The position numbers and the translations under genes were made by a program. This document shows, piece after piece, positions 21,501 through 34,392 of a stretch of DNA of 64,000 bases. Position 1 is the stretch's first letter; each line of letters starts with the position of its first letter. Source of the DNA: Octopus sinensis. Lineage: Eukaryota. The notes under the pieces are model-generated. The model was not told the origin of the DNA and searched no databases. It worked only from the letters and a program-made list of their open reading frames with translations. The stretch is taken from contig NC_042999.1 of assembly GCF_006345805.1 (NCBI RefSeq), forward strand, positions 122,698,001 to 122,762,000, given 5' to 3'.

Positions 21501-21899
21501 TCATTGACAGGGAACGAGATAGCCTACTATAAGATAGCAGAGCTATGATATTATAATAAGAAAAATAAAATGGTAAATATAAGGTGAAAAGTTAAAAGGT
21601 ACTTAAAATTATAAAAAAGAAATTTATCACAATATAAAAATTTTAAAATTGAAATTTTAAAGAAATATAAAGTATTTAAAAAAATATTAAGATACGTAAA
21701 AAATATGAAGATATAGAGAATTTATAAAAGAGATATCAGTAAGAATAAAAAATAAAAAGTTTTTAGATCATATGAAGGCACTATAGGAATATTATTTGGC
21801 CAGTACTTCTGTACTAAAGTTGATATTTACATAATTATGTGTATATATTATTCTGACCTAATGAGGTGCCTCAACTTAAGTACCTATTTCAACTGACTC

Positions 21900-21938
<39 letters not shown>

Positions 21939-22501
21939 AAAACAAAACTTTGAGAATGTTGCTGAATAAAACAACCAACTTCATTGTCAGTACATTATAA
22001 TATATATCAAAAGCCCATGTTAAGTCTGCATCACCATAGACAGTTGATATTCTTTTAATAATATGCAGGTACCACATGACCAAGAAAAATATGGATGTGT
22101 AAAGCTAATGTAATTTAAAGTGGTGGAAGAAGAGAAAGAAATATAAACTGACATTTCAGACAATGGTTCTTCATCAAGACTAAAATGAGTCTATAACATC
22201 CAGCTCATAAGTTGCTTGTCTGCTAGCTCTGTTACAATATTTATTGGCTGGTTCAGACCAGAACCCTAAGTGGTTAGGAACTGGTTAGAAGCAAAGTAGC
22301 CAGTTTCACTCAGAAGATGTTATCTCTAAAAGGTCAGGTACAAGTGTCAGATGCAGATGGCATTTATTATTGTTACTGCCTGACTGTCATGCCATGCCCC
22401 AGTCTTCACCTGACTCAAATGGAAAATCTGCTCTTTTGCTTCTTACTAAATCACCTTTACACATTCTTGAATTGGTTTTGGGAAGCAGGTGTATGTTGGA
22501 T

Positions 22502-22736
22502 AAGGCAGCGAACTGGCAGAGTTGTTAGCATGCTGGACGAAATGCTTAACGGTATTTTGTCAGCCGTTATGTTCTGAGTTCAAATTCCACTGAGGTCGAC
22601 TTTGCCTTTCATCCTTTCGGGGTCGATTAAATAAGTACCAGTTATGCACTGGGGGTGATATAATCGACTTAATCCATTTGTCTGTCCTTGTTTGTCCTCT
22701 CTGTGTTTAGCCCCTGGTGGATAGTAAAGAAATAGG
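22502..22736 (+). mobile_element. tRNA-derived SINE, family B
   Basis: ggcagcgaactggcagag head, gagttcaaattcc B-box, and gtcgactttgcctttcatcctttcggggtcga core. Confidence 0.9.
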
Positions 22737-23559
22737 TGTGTGCTGGATGCTAACATTGGCATACTGTACAAGAAAAATTTTGACAGAAGTTATTGTAATA
22801 AATATAGAAAAATATTTCTTCTTCATATAGTTAACAATGTCTTTAGATGAATAATCCTGCAAAAGTTTCAGAAACTCATACACCAAGTATATTCAGAATC
22901 GCTATGTTGTTCCTGCACCAAGAAACCCAGCTTAGACATGGTATATTTTATACTGTCTTAGCTTCAAGAAAAGTGTCAACTTTAACCTTCATTGTCCCAA
23001 CAAAGCTTTAAACCTCATCAATAGAGAAGGCATAGTGAAAATGTTACCACTCATTGATCATCTACCAAAGCTGCTAAACTTTATAAGTTCTTTTGATGAT
23101 GTTGTGATGAGTGCTGTAAAAGATTTATGTCCAAATAATTTAGAGTGACGAAAGGAAGCAAGTGACTGTGTGCTTTTGCATGACATACTTTGTTAGCTTT
23201 CACACTGCGCCTGAAACACATATTCATATCCTCAAATGGTAATGCCTACACATAATCACTTAAACTTTGATGCCTGGCTCTTCAGTATTGTTATACAAGA
23301 GGTCAAAAATAAGATAAGTAATCATCAGATGCATCTTACTTCCTAATGATGCAGCTAACACCTTAAACTCTGAAGAATGGTTATAAAACGTATCATACAA
23401 ACTCTCAGAAGTTTGAGGCCTATTTTATCACATAGTCAGTTGCAAAAAGGCCCAAGTCATGAAATAAGACATACCACCACTGCCTTACATTAAGATCAAA
23501 GGTAATGAAGTGGATGCCTAAGATGTAAAACTCAATAAATGTATTGACAAAGCAGCTAC

Positions 23560-24010
23560 TACTCTCTCAAGACTTGCTATGAAAGTATGAGGGAATAAAC
23601 AGATCAGATTATCTATCAAGGCTCTAGTGTCTGATGTCTGTGTTCTCTGTCTGCTTCTGTATAGTAGTGAAGCATTGACAGTGTACTTTTCACAAGAACA
23701 CATGCTTCATTTGTTTCATTTGATGTAACTTTACAGAACACTGAGGATCAAAATGGTAGGAGAGGAAATGAAACAGATTTACTTAACAGAGCAGTTTATT
23801 TTCCCACACCAATCATAACTTTGATGGTTCAGGAATGTTTAATGCATATATGGTGGTCATATTCCAAAAGAACTGATATATGGTAGACTGGTACCCGACC
23901 CAATACATAACGGTTCCTCACATCTAAAATACAGAAACATGTGGAAGTATGACATGAAAGCAACCAATATTAATCATCTGGAAACAGTTACATCCACAAC
24001 CAAATCTACA
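23560..24010 (+). mobile_element. ancient RTE-type LINE C-terminal fragment
   Basis: GHIPKELIYGRL at 23855-23890 and YSSEALTVY...LHLFHL near 23660-23720 resemble RTE motifs RIPKxLLYGEL and YGSEAWT. Confidence 0.55.
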
Positions 24011-26168
24011 GCTGCAGGCCAAGCATTGAACTTCAAAAGGTGTACTTAATCTTCTTTCATAGGTGCATTCATTTTCTGTAAGACTTACCAACTATACACA
24101 CAAACACACATACTCATGCACTCACATACATTTGACTTTTAATGGTTATACTATGTTTTTATAATACATATAGTATAATACATATTGTATTTTATGCATT
24201 CCCATTTGTAAATTTTGTTTTGTTTTGTATGGTGTACTTAAGATGAATAAGGACTATTCAAAGAGTTGTTATGAGTAGATGAAAACTATTTGACCAATGG
24301 AACCAGATATCATTTTGCCTTTCATCCTTTCAATGTTGATAGAATAAGTACCAGCCAAGTATCGGGTCAAATAAAGCACATAAACTCTTGTCTAAAAATT
24401 TGTAACTTCTTTAACTTCTTGTTCATCTTTATTGTGTTCTATATTTAGCCTTAGTATTTTCTCTTGATTATACTTTAATATATTTTTATTGGTACATTTC
24501 CCAATGTAATAAATTTTTTCATTGATGTACCTTAAGTCTTTTCTTATTTTTCAAATAGGTGATTCTGTTGGAAAAAAAAAGCAAGTTTTTTCAGTAGGTT
24601 TTATCAGGCATGTGTTCACTAGAATCATTTTTTAAAAACTTTTCCTTCATATCCAAGGTACCTTCTTTTTACTCAAAATTATGATTCTTTTTTTTTTTTC
24701 AGTTTTTACACTTACTATTTTATTATATTATCCTCATTCCTACTATTCTAGTTTTCTGAGTAAGGATAGATATGTCGACTCTTTCTTTATATTGCTATTT
24801 GTATATTAGTACTTTCTCCTACTATCTGCTATATTTCAGCAGGGTTAGTTGAGAAGTAATTTTCTCTTTTAGTATTGAATAGAGTTTCCCATGATAGAGC
24901 AATGGTTCTGTGTCTATTAGGTTAGTTAACCCATTGATGTTCAGATTTGTTTCTATGGAAGGGTTTTCTTAGAGATCTGGTTATATTTAGCTATTATTAG
25001 CTGGCATTATTTGTTTACTATTAACTTTGGAAGGTGTTTCCATTGATTTATGAGAACTGCTTTTGTCATGATCAGTTTTTTTTTTTATTTTTTGTTTACT
25101 ATTTCTGTTAGATGTTCTTCATGGTTGTCTCTGTTTATTCTATTCTTATAAGTGGGATAATTCTGTTTGTTGCAAAATGTGTGGGTTGTAACTATGTTTC
25201 CCTGAGGTTAGGTATTCAAATGGTTGAATACACATGTGTTCATGTGTGTTCATTATTTTATTTTTAGTCTTTTATATTTATTTTTGTTTCTGCTTTTGTT
25301 TTGCTATGATGGCTTGTTCTTTTGTATGTTGTCAAATCTGATGTGTTATTTTCACTATGTTGAGAGGAATGATCCATTATATGTATGGTTGATTCTGTTG
25401 TCATATTTTCATTGTGATGTTAGGGTCATCTGTTCTGTGTATGGTTGGTTCAATGAATGTTTAATTCTGTTATACTTCTTTCATTGGATTATGAGAGCTA
25501 GTATTTTTGTGTATGGATGGTCCTTTTGTTATATTTTTTAATGCATATTCTTTTAGGAGTTTTCTATTTCTATTATATTATAAAGTTGTTTTTATTTGCT
25601 AATTTATTTCAGTTAAAATGTAGTCTGACATCATTTTTTTAATTCTCCATATTTCATAAGTTTGTCTTAAGATGATATGTACTGGGAATAGTATGGGTAG
25701 CATTTGTAAGTGTTATTCTTTGGTCATCAATGTTTTCTGAATTTTGTTTTATTTTGATTAACATTACTAGTTAAAAGCAGGTCCTCTTGAAAGGACAATG
25801 TAAGAGATATTTATGTGTATATCAAACATGCTATCATGTAGATTTTCTCTAAGAACCTACAACTTAGTGACTCACAGCATTAGTTCCCGACTTCAAAAGT
25901 TTGTCTTGCACCCAATTTTTATTCAATATACAAAATAAAATATAAAAAGTGTGCAAGATATTCGTATTTTGGTTCTTTAACAGTTCTTCCTGAGAAAGTA
26001 AACCTCTTGCAGATTTTGCACCTGAAACAGCTTTTTGCCACCTATTTATTTATCATGGCTATACACAAAGTTATAGTTCTGTTCTTCCAAAATGTTTTCT
26101 TGGATCAGATTAATTTATTGCTAGTATTTTTTCATGCTCTCATGTAAAATAAATTAAAATGTATCTTT

Positions 26169-26538
26169 GGATGTGTGGTAAGAAGCTTGCTTCCCAACCA
26201 CATTATTCCAGTTTCAGTCTCACTGTGTGACACCTTGACCAAGTGTCTTTTACTATAGCCTTGAGCTGACCAAAGCCTTGTGAGTGAATTTGGGAGACAG
26301 AAACTGAAAGAAACCTCTAGTGTGCATGTGTGTGTGTGTTTGTCCCCACCACCATTGCTTGACAATTGATGTTGGTGCATTTACATCCCCATAACTTAGC
26401 AGTTCAGCAAAAGAGTCCAACAGAATAAGTGCAGGCTTACAGAGAATAAATCCTGGGGTTAATTTCTTCAACTAAAAGGTGATGCTCCAGCATGGATGCA
26501 GTCAAAATGACTGAAACAAGTAAAAGAATAAAAGAATA
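26169..26538 (+). mobile_element. SINE family A with long 3' tail
   Basis: Family A core, then (GT)n, then a tail ending ctccagcatgg..cagtcaaaatgactgaaacaagtaaaagaataaaaga. Confidence 0.85.
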
Positions 26539-28891
26539 TCATAAGTTAGCTTTACCCTTCACTCTTTTGGAAATTGATGACCATAATCCCAAACCAATGC
26601 AGTGGATTGGCAGAACCAGTAGAATTTTAGGATGCAACTCATTGTATTCTGACAGTGATGCCTACAATGACACCTGTGCCAAATGTCCTATCCCTTGTAC
26701 TGGTGGAAAAAAGAGGTTAGATTTGCATATGTGGGTAAATATTTGTCTTCCATAAAAACCCTTGTCCCAGCCTGCACCTAGGAAAGTATTTCTTGATGTA
26801 GATCCATGGTCACACTAGACTTATTAGATGTTCAGACACGGATTAGTCATATTACATATTAAATCCTTGAAAAAAAAAAATTTTATCAAAATTATTTTAG
26901 TGCTATGCTAGCCAACGAAATTATATTTTAAAAGTGAAACCATTGTATTCCTTAGTCATTTTCTGAAAAGAATTAGATATGAAACTATTCATGTGTAAGT
27001 ATTTAACTGTTCAGCTAGAATAAATTTAATATTTTGTTCATATCTATTTCATATTTACTAGTATATCATTCCTGTTTTTTTTTATATGTACTGCATCTTT
27101 GAAAATATTTCAAAGTCAGAAATTTAAGAGTGGAAATAACATTTTTCTCCATTACCCACAAAAATATTTCTATCAAGGAGTTATTAAATCAATATATTGA
27201 TTAGGTAATATTATTCCCTCTGCAATTGTCTTCTTTTATCTAAAGTGTAAAATATAGTGTACAAACTATGATACTCAAAATATTATTATTATTATTATCA
27301 TTATTATTATTGATGATGATGATAATAATAATAATAACAATAATAATATTAATGCACAGTTATATACTACCAAATACTGACTATATAGAAAATGGAACAC
27401 CAATGTGGATGACATAAAATAGAGACTGCAAATACAGAAGGATACAGAAAAGGGAGGTAAATTCAATACTTATAGGCCTTTTACATGCTTACTATTACTC
27501 TTGAAATTAACTGGCCTCGTAGTTGATGAAGTATTTAGCTTTCTGAAGAAGAAGAAACTATTATGAGAGCAGCAAAGGGATTCACAAAGGAGTTATGGGA
27601 AATTGTTGATCTGTTGTATATTTATGGCATGAGGTACAGATAAAAAAAAAGAGCTTAGCTATTAATGGAAAGACTACAAAAAAACTTAAGATAATTTCCA
27701 CGTTGTTGGCTGTTGGTGTGAGTCAGAAGTGCTGGTGGGGAGGGGTCAATGCAAAGATAAACAGTTTTTCAGAAAAAGTAATGAGATCATGGGAGGTAGA
27801 ACTAACATGCACAAATGATTTGTTAGAAAATGTGAAAATATGCTCAGTGATATTCAAAGGAAACTTGCTCTCTGCATCACGTTTCATCATTGCATTAATC
27901 CCCCCGATAAGCATACTGACAAAATCCAGGCCTGCAGATGTGTTTGATAAACCAGGGTGAAAATATGGGGTAGCCTCAAATTGTATATCAGAAATGAAAA
28001 AGACCTGGATATTGTAATCCAGGCAATAAATGTATTCAGCAAGGATATTGGCATACAGTTTGGGGTAAGTAAGGACATAATGAAAACTATGAAAGGAGAT
28101 CAAAATATAAATATTCTGATGGTATAAAATTACCTCAAGGGAGAATTATTAGATTTCTGAGAAATAATGAGGGATACAAGTGACTAAGAGTGCAGCAGGA
28201 TGATAGGATAAGGGAAAGGAAAATGAGAGTGAAAAAATCTCCAAAGTGTACAGGAGAAAAATTAGGAGGGTATTTTTTAAAAGATTAGAGGGAATATTAT
28301 AAAAGCAATGAACACATGAGCTATGCTAGTATTAAGATACTCTGCTCTCTTTCTAGAATGGACATTGTTACAGGAATTAGATAGAACTAGGAAGCTGCTC
28401 ACAATGCACACCACCCTCGAAGTAATATCAACAGCTCTACTTACCAAGAAAGGAAGGAGGAAGAGGATTGTTAAACCCAAAAGACACCATTAGTACTGCA
28501 ATATTGGGCTGAAAACTATATTTTATGTAGTGAAGAAAGAATACTACTGGCAGATAGAAATAACAGAAATGTTACAGAACAGTGGAAAAATTCAAGAACA
28601 GAAAGGAAAATGACAGAACAAATAACTGTAAAGAGAATGAATTACATGGCCAATTCACATAACAAACTGAGGACATTGAAAGTAAACAACACTGGTTGTG
28701 GCTAAAAGAAGAAAACTTGAAGTGAGAAATCAGATCACTAATTATAGCCACTCAAGAACAGGCCATTATAAAGAATTTAACAAAGAGAAAGTTTTATAAA
28801 ATTGATCAGAGAGCAAATGCAGAATCTACAGGAAAGAAGACAAAAGTATTAAGCATCTCATAAGTGAATACAGAAAGTTTTCACAAAAACA

Positions 28892-29357
28892 TTGGGTTGG
28901 TACATAATTATTGCAGCTTTTTTTCAACAAATTTTATTCAACAATAACAATATTTAACAAAAACGTTTTAACCCTTTTGTTACCATATTTCTGTTGGGAT
29001 GCTCTGTGTTTCTTTCAATTAATTTTAAATATTAAGAAGAATTTAGTAAAATAACTTAGTTATCATTAAGCTAGTGTTAGGAACATAAATTGTGACTAAG
29101 GTTTAGTGGAAGATTTTAATTCAAAACTTATGAAAATGAGACATTTGTACTCAGAGCCAGAGGCAGTTTCAGCTGGGTTGGTAATGAAAGGGTTAAATGA
29201 CGGTCTGATCGTCTGCCAAGCAAATGGGAAGCAGTAATTGAAGTAGATGATGAATATGCTCCGGAACAATCATTTAAAGATGTTTTTGTTCCATGTTCTT
29301 GTTTTTGTTAAATAAAATTTGTTGAAAAATAGCCACAATAATTATGCACCAAACCAA
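28892..29357 (+). mobile_element. mariner-derived non-autonomous element (MITE-like)
   Basis: About 45-bp imperfect TIRs, ttgggttggtacataattattgcagctttttttcaacaaattt on the left and aaatttgttgaaaaatagccacaataattatgcaccaaaccaa on the right. It retains the transposase C-terminal remnant RLPSKWEAVIEVDDEY and has CA on both flanks. Confidence 0.8.
28972..29192. mobile_element. TTAA-flanked MITE (piggyBac-type ends)
   Basis: TTAA|CCCTTTTGTTACCA ... TGGTAATGAAAGGG|TTAA: TIR matches at 12 of 14 positions, with TTAA at 28968-28971 and 29193-29196. Confidence 0.85.
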
Positions 29358-29861
29358 CAGAAGTGCAGGCATGAGACTGTGTTGGTGAAAGAACGCACTT
29401 GGAAACTAGGTGAGTTTGTGGATTTAGGGTATTAGAGAAGTTGTGTAAATATGAGACCGAGGCTATGATGAAGGATAATAATGACAGGATTTTATGGGAC
29501 TTCTCCATAGAGACTGATCATACTACTGAAGCAAATAGACCAGATATGATTCTAGGGAACAAAGGAAAAAAAGCAAAATCATAGACTAAGAAAGAGAGTA
29601 AGATTGGACGTATCCAGAGAAACAAAGATTGTAGAAGACTGGGGTGATAATTTGTTCTGTGGTAATCAGTGCTCTTGAGACAGCACCCAAACTGCTAAGT
29701 GGCTGAAGAATATTAGAAATGAGGCATGCATTGTCAACCTGCATAACAGTGCATTCCTGTATTTTGTAAGAATCCTAAGAAAGATTCTTGAGAATTCAAG
29801 TGACTTGTTTTTACCAAACTGCAAAACAACATCCCTGCTAGCTAATGTAACATGTAATAGC

Positions 29862-30057
29862 TACACAAGGCTTGAAATTTTAGGAAGCGGGGCTTGCTAA
29901 TTACATCAGCTTCAGTGCTCAACTGATACCTACTTCATCAACCCCTAACAGGATGAAAGGCAAAGTTGACCTTAGTGGAATGTGAACTCAGAACGTAGAG
30001 ATGGGTGAAATGCCACTTAGCATTTTGCCCAACATGCTAACAATTCTGCCAGCTTGA
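29862..30057 (-). mobile_element. tRNA-derived SINE, family B
   Basis: Reverse complement of the family B head and core (ggatgaaaggcaaagttgacc, gaactcagaacg, ttctgccagct). (AAT)n follows its 5' end. Confidence 0.85.
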
Positions 30058-30315
30058 CTAAGAATAATAATAATAACGTCTTCAATGACACCTGTACCAA
30101 GCTTACTTTCTCTTGTAGCACATCAGTGGTATGAGGAGACTGGCATTCATAGAGGATTGCTTGCTTTCCATAAATAAATCTTTGCCTCAGCCTCTTTCTT
30201 GAATAGAAACTTCTCTGGTGTAAATCCATGGTGAACAATAAATGCAAGATTTTATGGGATTTCTCCATAAGAATGTGTTGAATCCAGGAGGAGAGAAAAC
30301 AAAATGGCATAAGAT

Positions 30316-30495
30316 CAGGCCTTGTGTAGCTATTACATGTTACATTAGCTAGCGGGGATGTTGTTTTGCAGTTTGGTAAAAACAAGTCACCTGAATTCTC
30401 AAGAATCTTTCTTAAGATCTTTGCAAAATGCAGGAATGCATTGCTATACAGGTTGACAATACATACCTCGTTTCAAATATCCTTGAGCCACTTAG
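30316..30495 (-). repeat. inverted copy of the Dong-type LINE 3' end (29695-29870)
   Basis: The inner 95 bp are 93/95 identical and the outer part is clearly more diverged. A third, diverged direct copy lies near 30620-30750. Confidence 0.9.
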
Positions 30496-32158
30496 ATAAC
30501 AGCGGCTTTCATATCCATTTTACTATCATATGAAACTTAAAAAAAGGCATGAGAAATATCAGGATATTACCTAAGAAATGAAGAGATTGTGAAACACAAA
30601 AATGAAAACTGTTACTGTGGGCACAACGCCCAAGCTGCAGCTTAAGAGGCTGAAGGATATTAGAATTAAGTAACATACTGCTGTCCTGCAGAAAAGTATC
30701 ATCCTGTATTCTACAAGAATCTTAAGAAAGATTTTTGAGATTTGGGGCTAATTGTCGCCAAACCTCAGGATGATATCCCTGCTAATTAAATTAGTATGTA
30801 ATAGCTTTTGTGTAGCAATGCCAATAAGTATTTCTAATTTAGGCACAAGAGCAGCAATTTTGAAGAAAAGGGAAATTTTAAATAGTCCTCTATACCTGCA
30901 CATCTGATGTTGATGGCACCATCTTATGTTGTGTATGTATGTATATATGTATGTATGCATGTATGTATATATATGTATGTATCTATGTATGTATGTGTGT
31001 ATCTATCTATTTATCTATATATCTATCTATTTAACTATGTATCAATGTATGAAAAATTTTAAACATACATACATAAAATTTATATAATTCTATATAATTT
31101 TATATATAATCTGGGTAGAGATGCAGCAGAGGCAGTTTGTATTTTTTAAGCAAATGTGTGTGTGTGTGGGAGAGAGGGAGAGAGAGAGAGAGCGAGAGAG
31201 AATTACAGATGGGAAATTGATAGGATCTCATACCTACCAGTTTCAAAAATTTCTGTAACACTGATGTTACAGAATTAAGACAACAAGAGTTAAAGCACCA
31301 CTTGGTTTAAAATACAGTCTAAGCTATAACACATTCTCAGCAAACCTACTGCCCATTCTCAATAGTTAAGCAAACTTACTCAGGGTTATACAATTAAGAG
31401 TTAAATCTACATATATTTTATTCATTGTTAGTCATTCATTTAGTTTTTCTATCTTCTTCCTTAGTATTTCACATTTATGAATCCAGAAATCTATCCATCT
31501 GAAATGAGATAATAAGTGAATAATATTGAATGTTTTTAACATGCGAGTTTAACTGTAATTTTTAATGTCACTTAAAATGTTCAAGTTTAAATGAAGAATA
31601 TTCTCTGTGAAGTAAACAATTCAGTGTTCTTGATGTTTGATCAATATTTTAAATGTTAAGAAATGTAGTGTAATTTTCTTTTATTCTTCTGAACACATAT
31701 CAGGCTATCTTTAATTACTTTAAGACATTCCTCTATGGAATTGGGTTTACCGAACCAATTTCTATTGATTCTTTGAGAGAAAAAAAAATGATCAGTTGGA
31801 ATAGCTTTTTACATTTTCTTTCTAATTGCTTTTGTGAAATAAAAGCTGAAGTGCTTTATTTCTTGATTTATTTGATTTCCTATGCAATTTGTTTATTTCA
31901 GAAAATTATCAGAAGAATTGACACTCATTCAGGAAAATATTAACAGACATTGTTATTTCCATTCTAATTTTTAAGAATTTAGAAAACCTTGATAAGTTTT
32001 ATTTCAAAAGATGTCTTCTGCTTCCATTGAAGTTATCTACTTCATCAGATGCTTTTCTTATGACAAAAATAATTGAATGAAAGAGTCAGTTGATGTATAT
32101 TTACAATTGCGTATATTCATCTGCTTTGTATATTTGTATTTGTGTGTTCCAGTGTGTA

Positions 32159-32208
<50 letters not shown>

Positions 32209-33033
32209 GGGTTGGTTGATGTAAATTTACAATTGAATATATTCATTTCCTTTGTATGTGTATTTGTATTCTTACGTATGAGCATGTATGTATATAAGTT
32301 GGTTGATATATATTTACAATTGCTTACATTCAGCTGTGTGTGTGTGTGTGTTTTCCTATGCATATTAGAATGTGTATATATATATGTTCAAGTGAGTAAT
32401 TGTGTATTTTATTCTTGTATACGTATGCAGGTTTTTCTTTTAGTACAAAGGCTTTTTAAAATTTTATTATAAGATTGCATTTTCTTCTGCAAGAAGAAGC
32501 TTCTGGTAGAAGCATTTATTTGTCTTTGTATAAGAATACATTCAAGTTGTAAGTGGAGAAACTATTCAACTATTCCTCATATATTTTACTAAAAACTTTC
32601 AAGAATTTTGCATTTTTTTTATGGTCATCTCTTGTTTTAACTATGAAATCCCTGAGATCATATAGCATATAGAGCTCATTGATATATTTAACAGTACATG
32701 AAAGATAATGATTGGAAGGGTTAATCTACTAGAATTTTCTGATACACACATACACATAAGCATGCATGGTCATGCATGCAGACATGCACACATACACACA
32801 CTGACATGCTTTTGGTTTATGAAAAGAGAAAAATGCTTAATAATTATAATAAAGTTCATTCATTAGAAGCTGAGACTTAGCAACTCTGAGTAGTGAAGGA
32901 GAAATGAAAATTATCATCAAAAATGAATTATAGATGTGTGTGTGCGTGCGTGTATATATGTGTGTCTGTGTGCATGTATATATGTGTGTGTGTATGTGTG
33001 TGTGCATGTATATAGATGAATATATATGAGTGT

Positions 33034-33121
33034 TTATTAATGACATAGGGGTTTCATAAAATATCTTAAATCAGCTTACAGATGTTAACCAATTAAGAGT
33101 TTCATAAAAAATTCTACTTCT
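33034..33121 (+). repeat. ~90-bp direct repeat, also at 37548-37637
   Basis: ttattaatgacataggg.tttcataaaa.tatcttaaatcagctt.cagatg.taaccaa.taagagtttcat...ttctacttct occurs at both positions. Confidence 0.85.
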
Positions 33122-33161
33122 AGTATTTATACATATGCGTATGTGTATTTATTTTCATTTA

Positions 33162-33192
<31 letters not shown>

Positions 33193-33550
33193 ACTTAATA
33201 TAGATGTGTGTGTTTACATGCATATGGAGAATTGATGTATAAATACCATAGGATGTACCCACAGTAATTAAGAGATCAATTAATAATAGATCATTAAACT
33301 CCAAAATATTGCAGTAAATCTATGTAAGATTGACATGTATGTATGTACATAGTTGGTTAAAATTATCTCTATGAACAACATATTTAAAATAAAAGCAGAA
33401 AAGCTTAAATTTCAGATATAGTTCATACTATAAGCACAGAAAATGTATATATTTAGTGTTCAACAAATGAATGTGTGTATGTGTGTGTGTGTGAGTGTGT
33501 ATGTATATATGTATGTACATATATATTTAATTTAGATAGACAATATAAAC

Positions 33551-33611
<61 letters not shown>

Positions 33612-33636
33612 CATATAAATATATACATACATATAT

Positions 33637-33668
<32 letters not shown>

Positions 33669-34261
33669 ATATACATGTATGTATGAATGTATGTTTATAT
33701 TCTCTATCTAAATTAAATGTCCTTTTCAACTGACACAAAATATTTTTTGTTTTTCATTTTTACTTTAATATATATATGTGAATTTTTATGGCATATTGTA
33801 GAGTTATAAGTGCATAAATGTACTGATGAGTGTATGTATGTGTGCATGTGTGTGTGTGTGTGTGTGCATATATATGTATGTGTGTATATCTTTACGTCTA
33901 TACATCTTTGTAGATTCAAAGTTGATTTTCTCTGCTTCCACATTAAATTTTGGCATGTGAAATGAGAATACTTTTAACTTTCAAGTTTGAAAAATTATAA
34001 TCTTATTAACAACAACTTGTCTCAGACATTTAATTTATACATACATTTAACAGTATATTGTTTAATATGTTGTTTAAAACATTGTTTAACACAAACACAC
34101 ACACACACACCGTGTGTGTATTGAAGCCCATCAGGTGTGTATATGTGAGCTCATCTTATATTTTGGCATAGGTTGGATTGTTGACAGTAACCAATGAACC
34201 AGAGACTGAATTTTTTTCTAATATCTGCTTTGAAAAACATTTCTGTTCATGGGGACGTATT

Positions 34262-34392
34262 ATCTTAATTGGAGACAGGTAAGAGTTGGGGACAGGAAGG
34301 GAATCCACGATAGAAAATCTGCCTCAGTAAATTCCAACTGACCCATGCAAGCATGGAAAAGTAGATATTAAATCAATGTTGATGATGGTGAT
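34262..34392 (+). mobile_element. decayed RTE-type 3' tail fragment
   Basis: caggaagggaatcca...acccatgcaagcatggaaaag..gatattaaa...gatgatggtgat resembles the RTE 3' end seen at 5257-5400. Confidence 0.55.

Larger units (their letters stand above)
27360..29870 (+). mobile_element. R4/Dong-type (RLE-clade) non-LTR retrotransposon, decayed, interrupted by a DNA-transposon insertion
   Basis: YRPFTCL (27471), LPRKEGGRGL (28441), a decayed CCHC knuckle CRIYRKEDKSIKHLISEY (28818), and the RLE motif ILWDFSIETDHTTEANRPD (29489). The 5' end abuts an (AAT)n tract. Confidence 0.85.

Noticed and set aside
24530-24564. Second AG|GT juxtaposition (tttttcaaatag|gtgatt)
   Set aside because: The donor is weak (GTGATT) and lies in T-rich, probably antisense-LINE sequence, far less convincing than 8221.
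32020-32050. Minus-strand CUGAUGAA near 32041-32048 as a hammerhead
   Set aside because: No GAAA follows the putative stem II, and stems I and III are absent.
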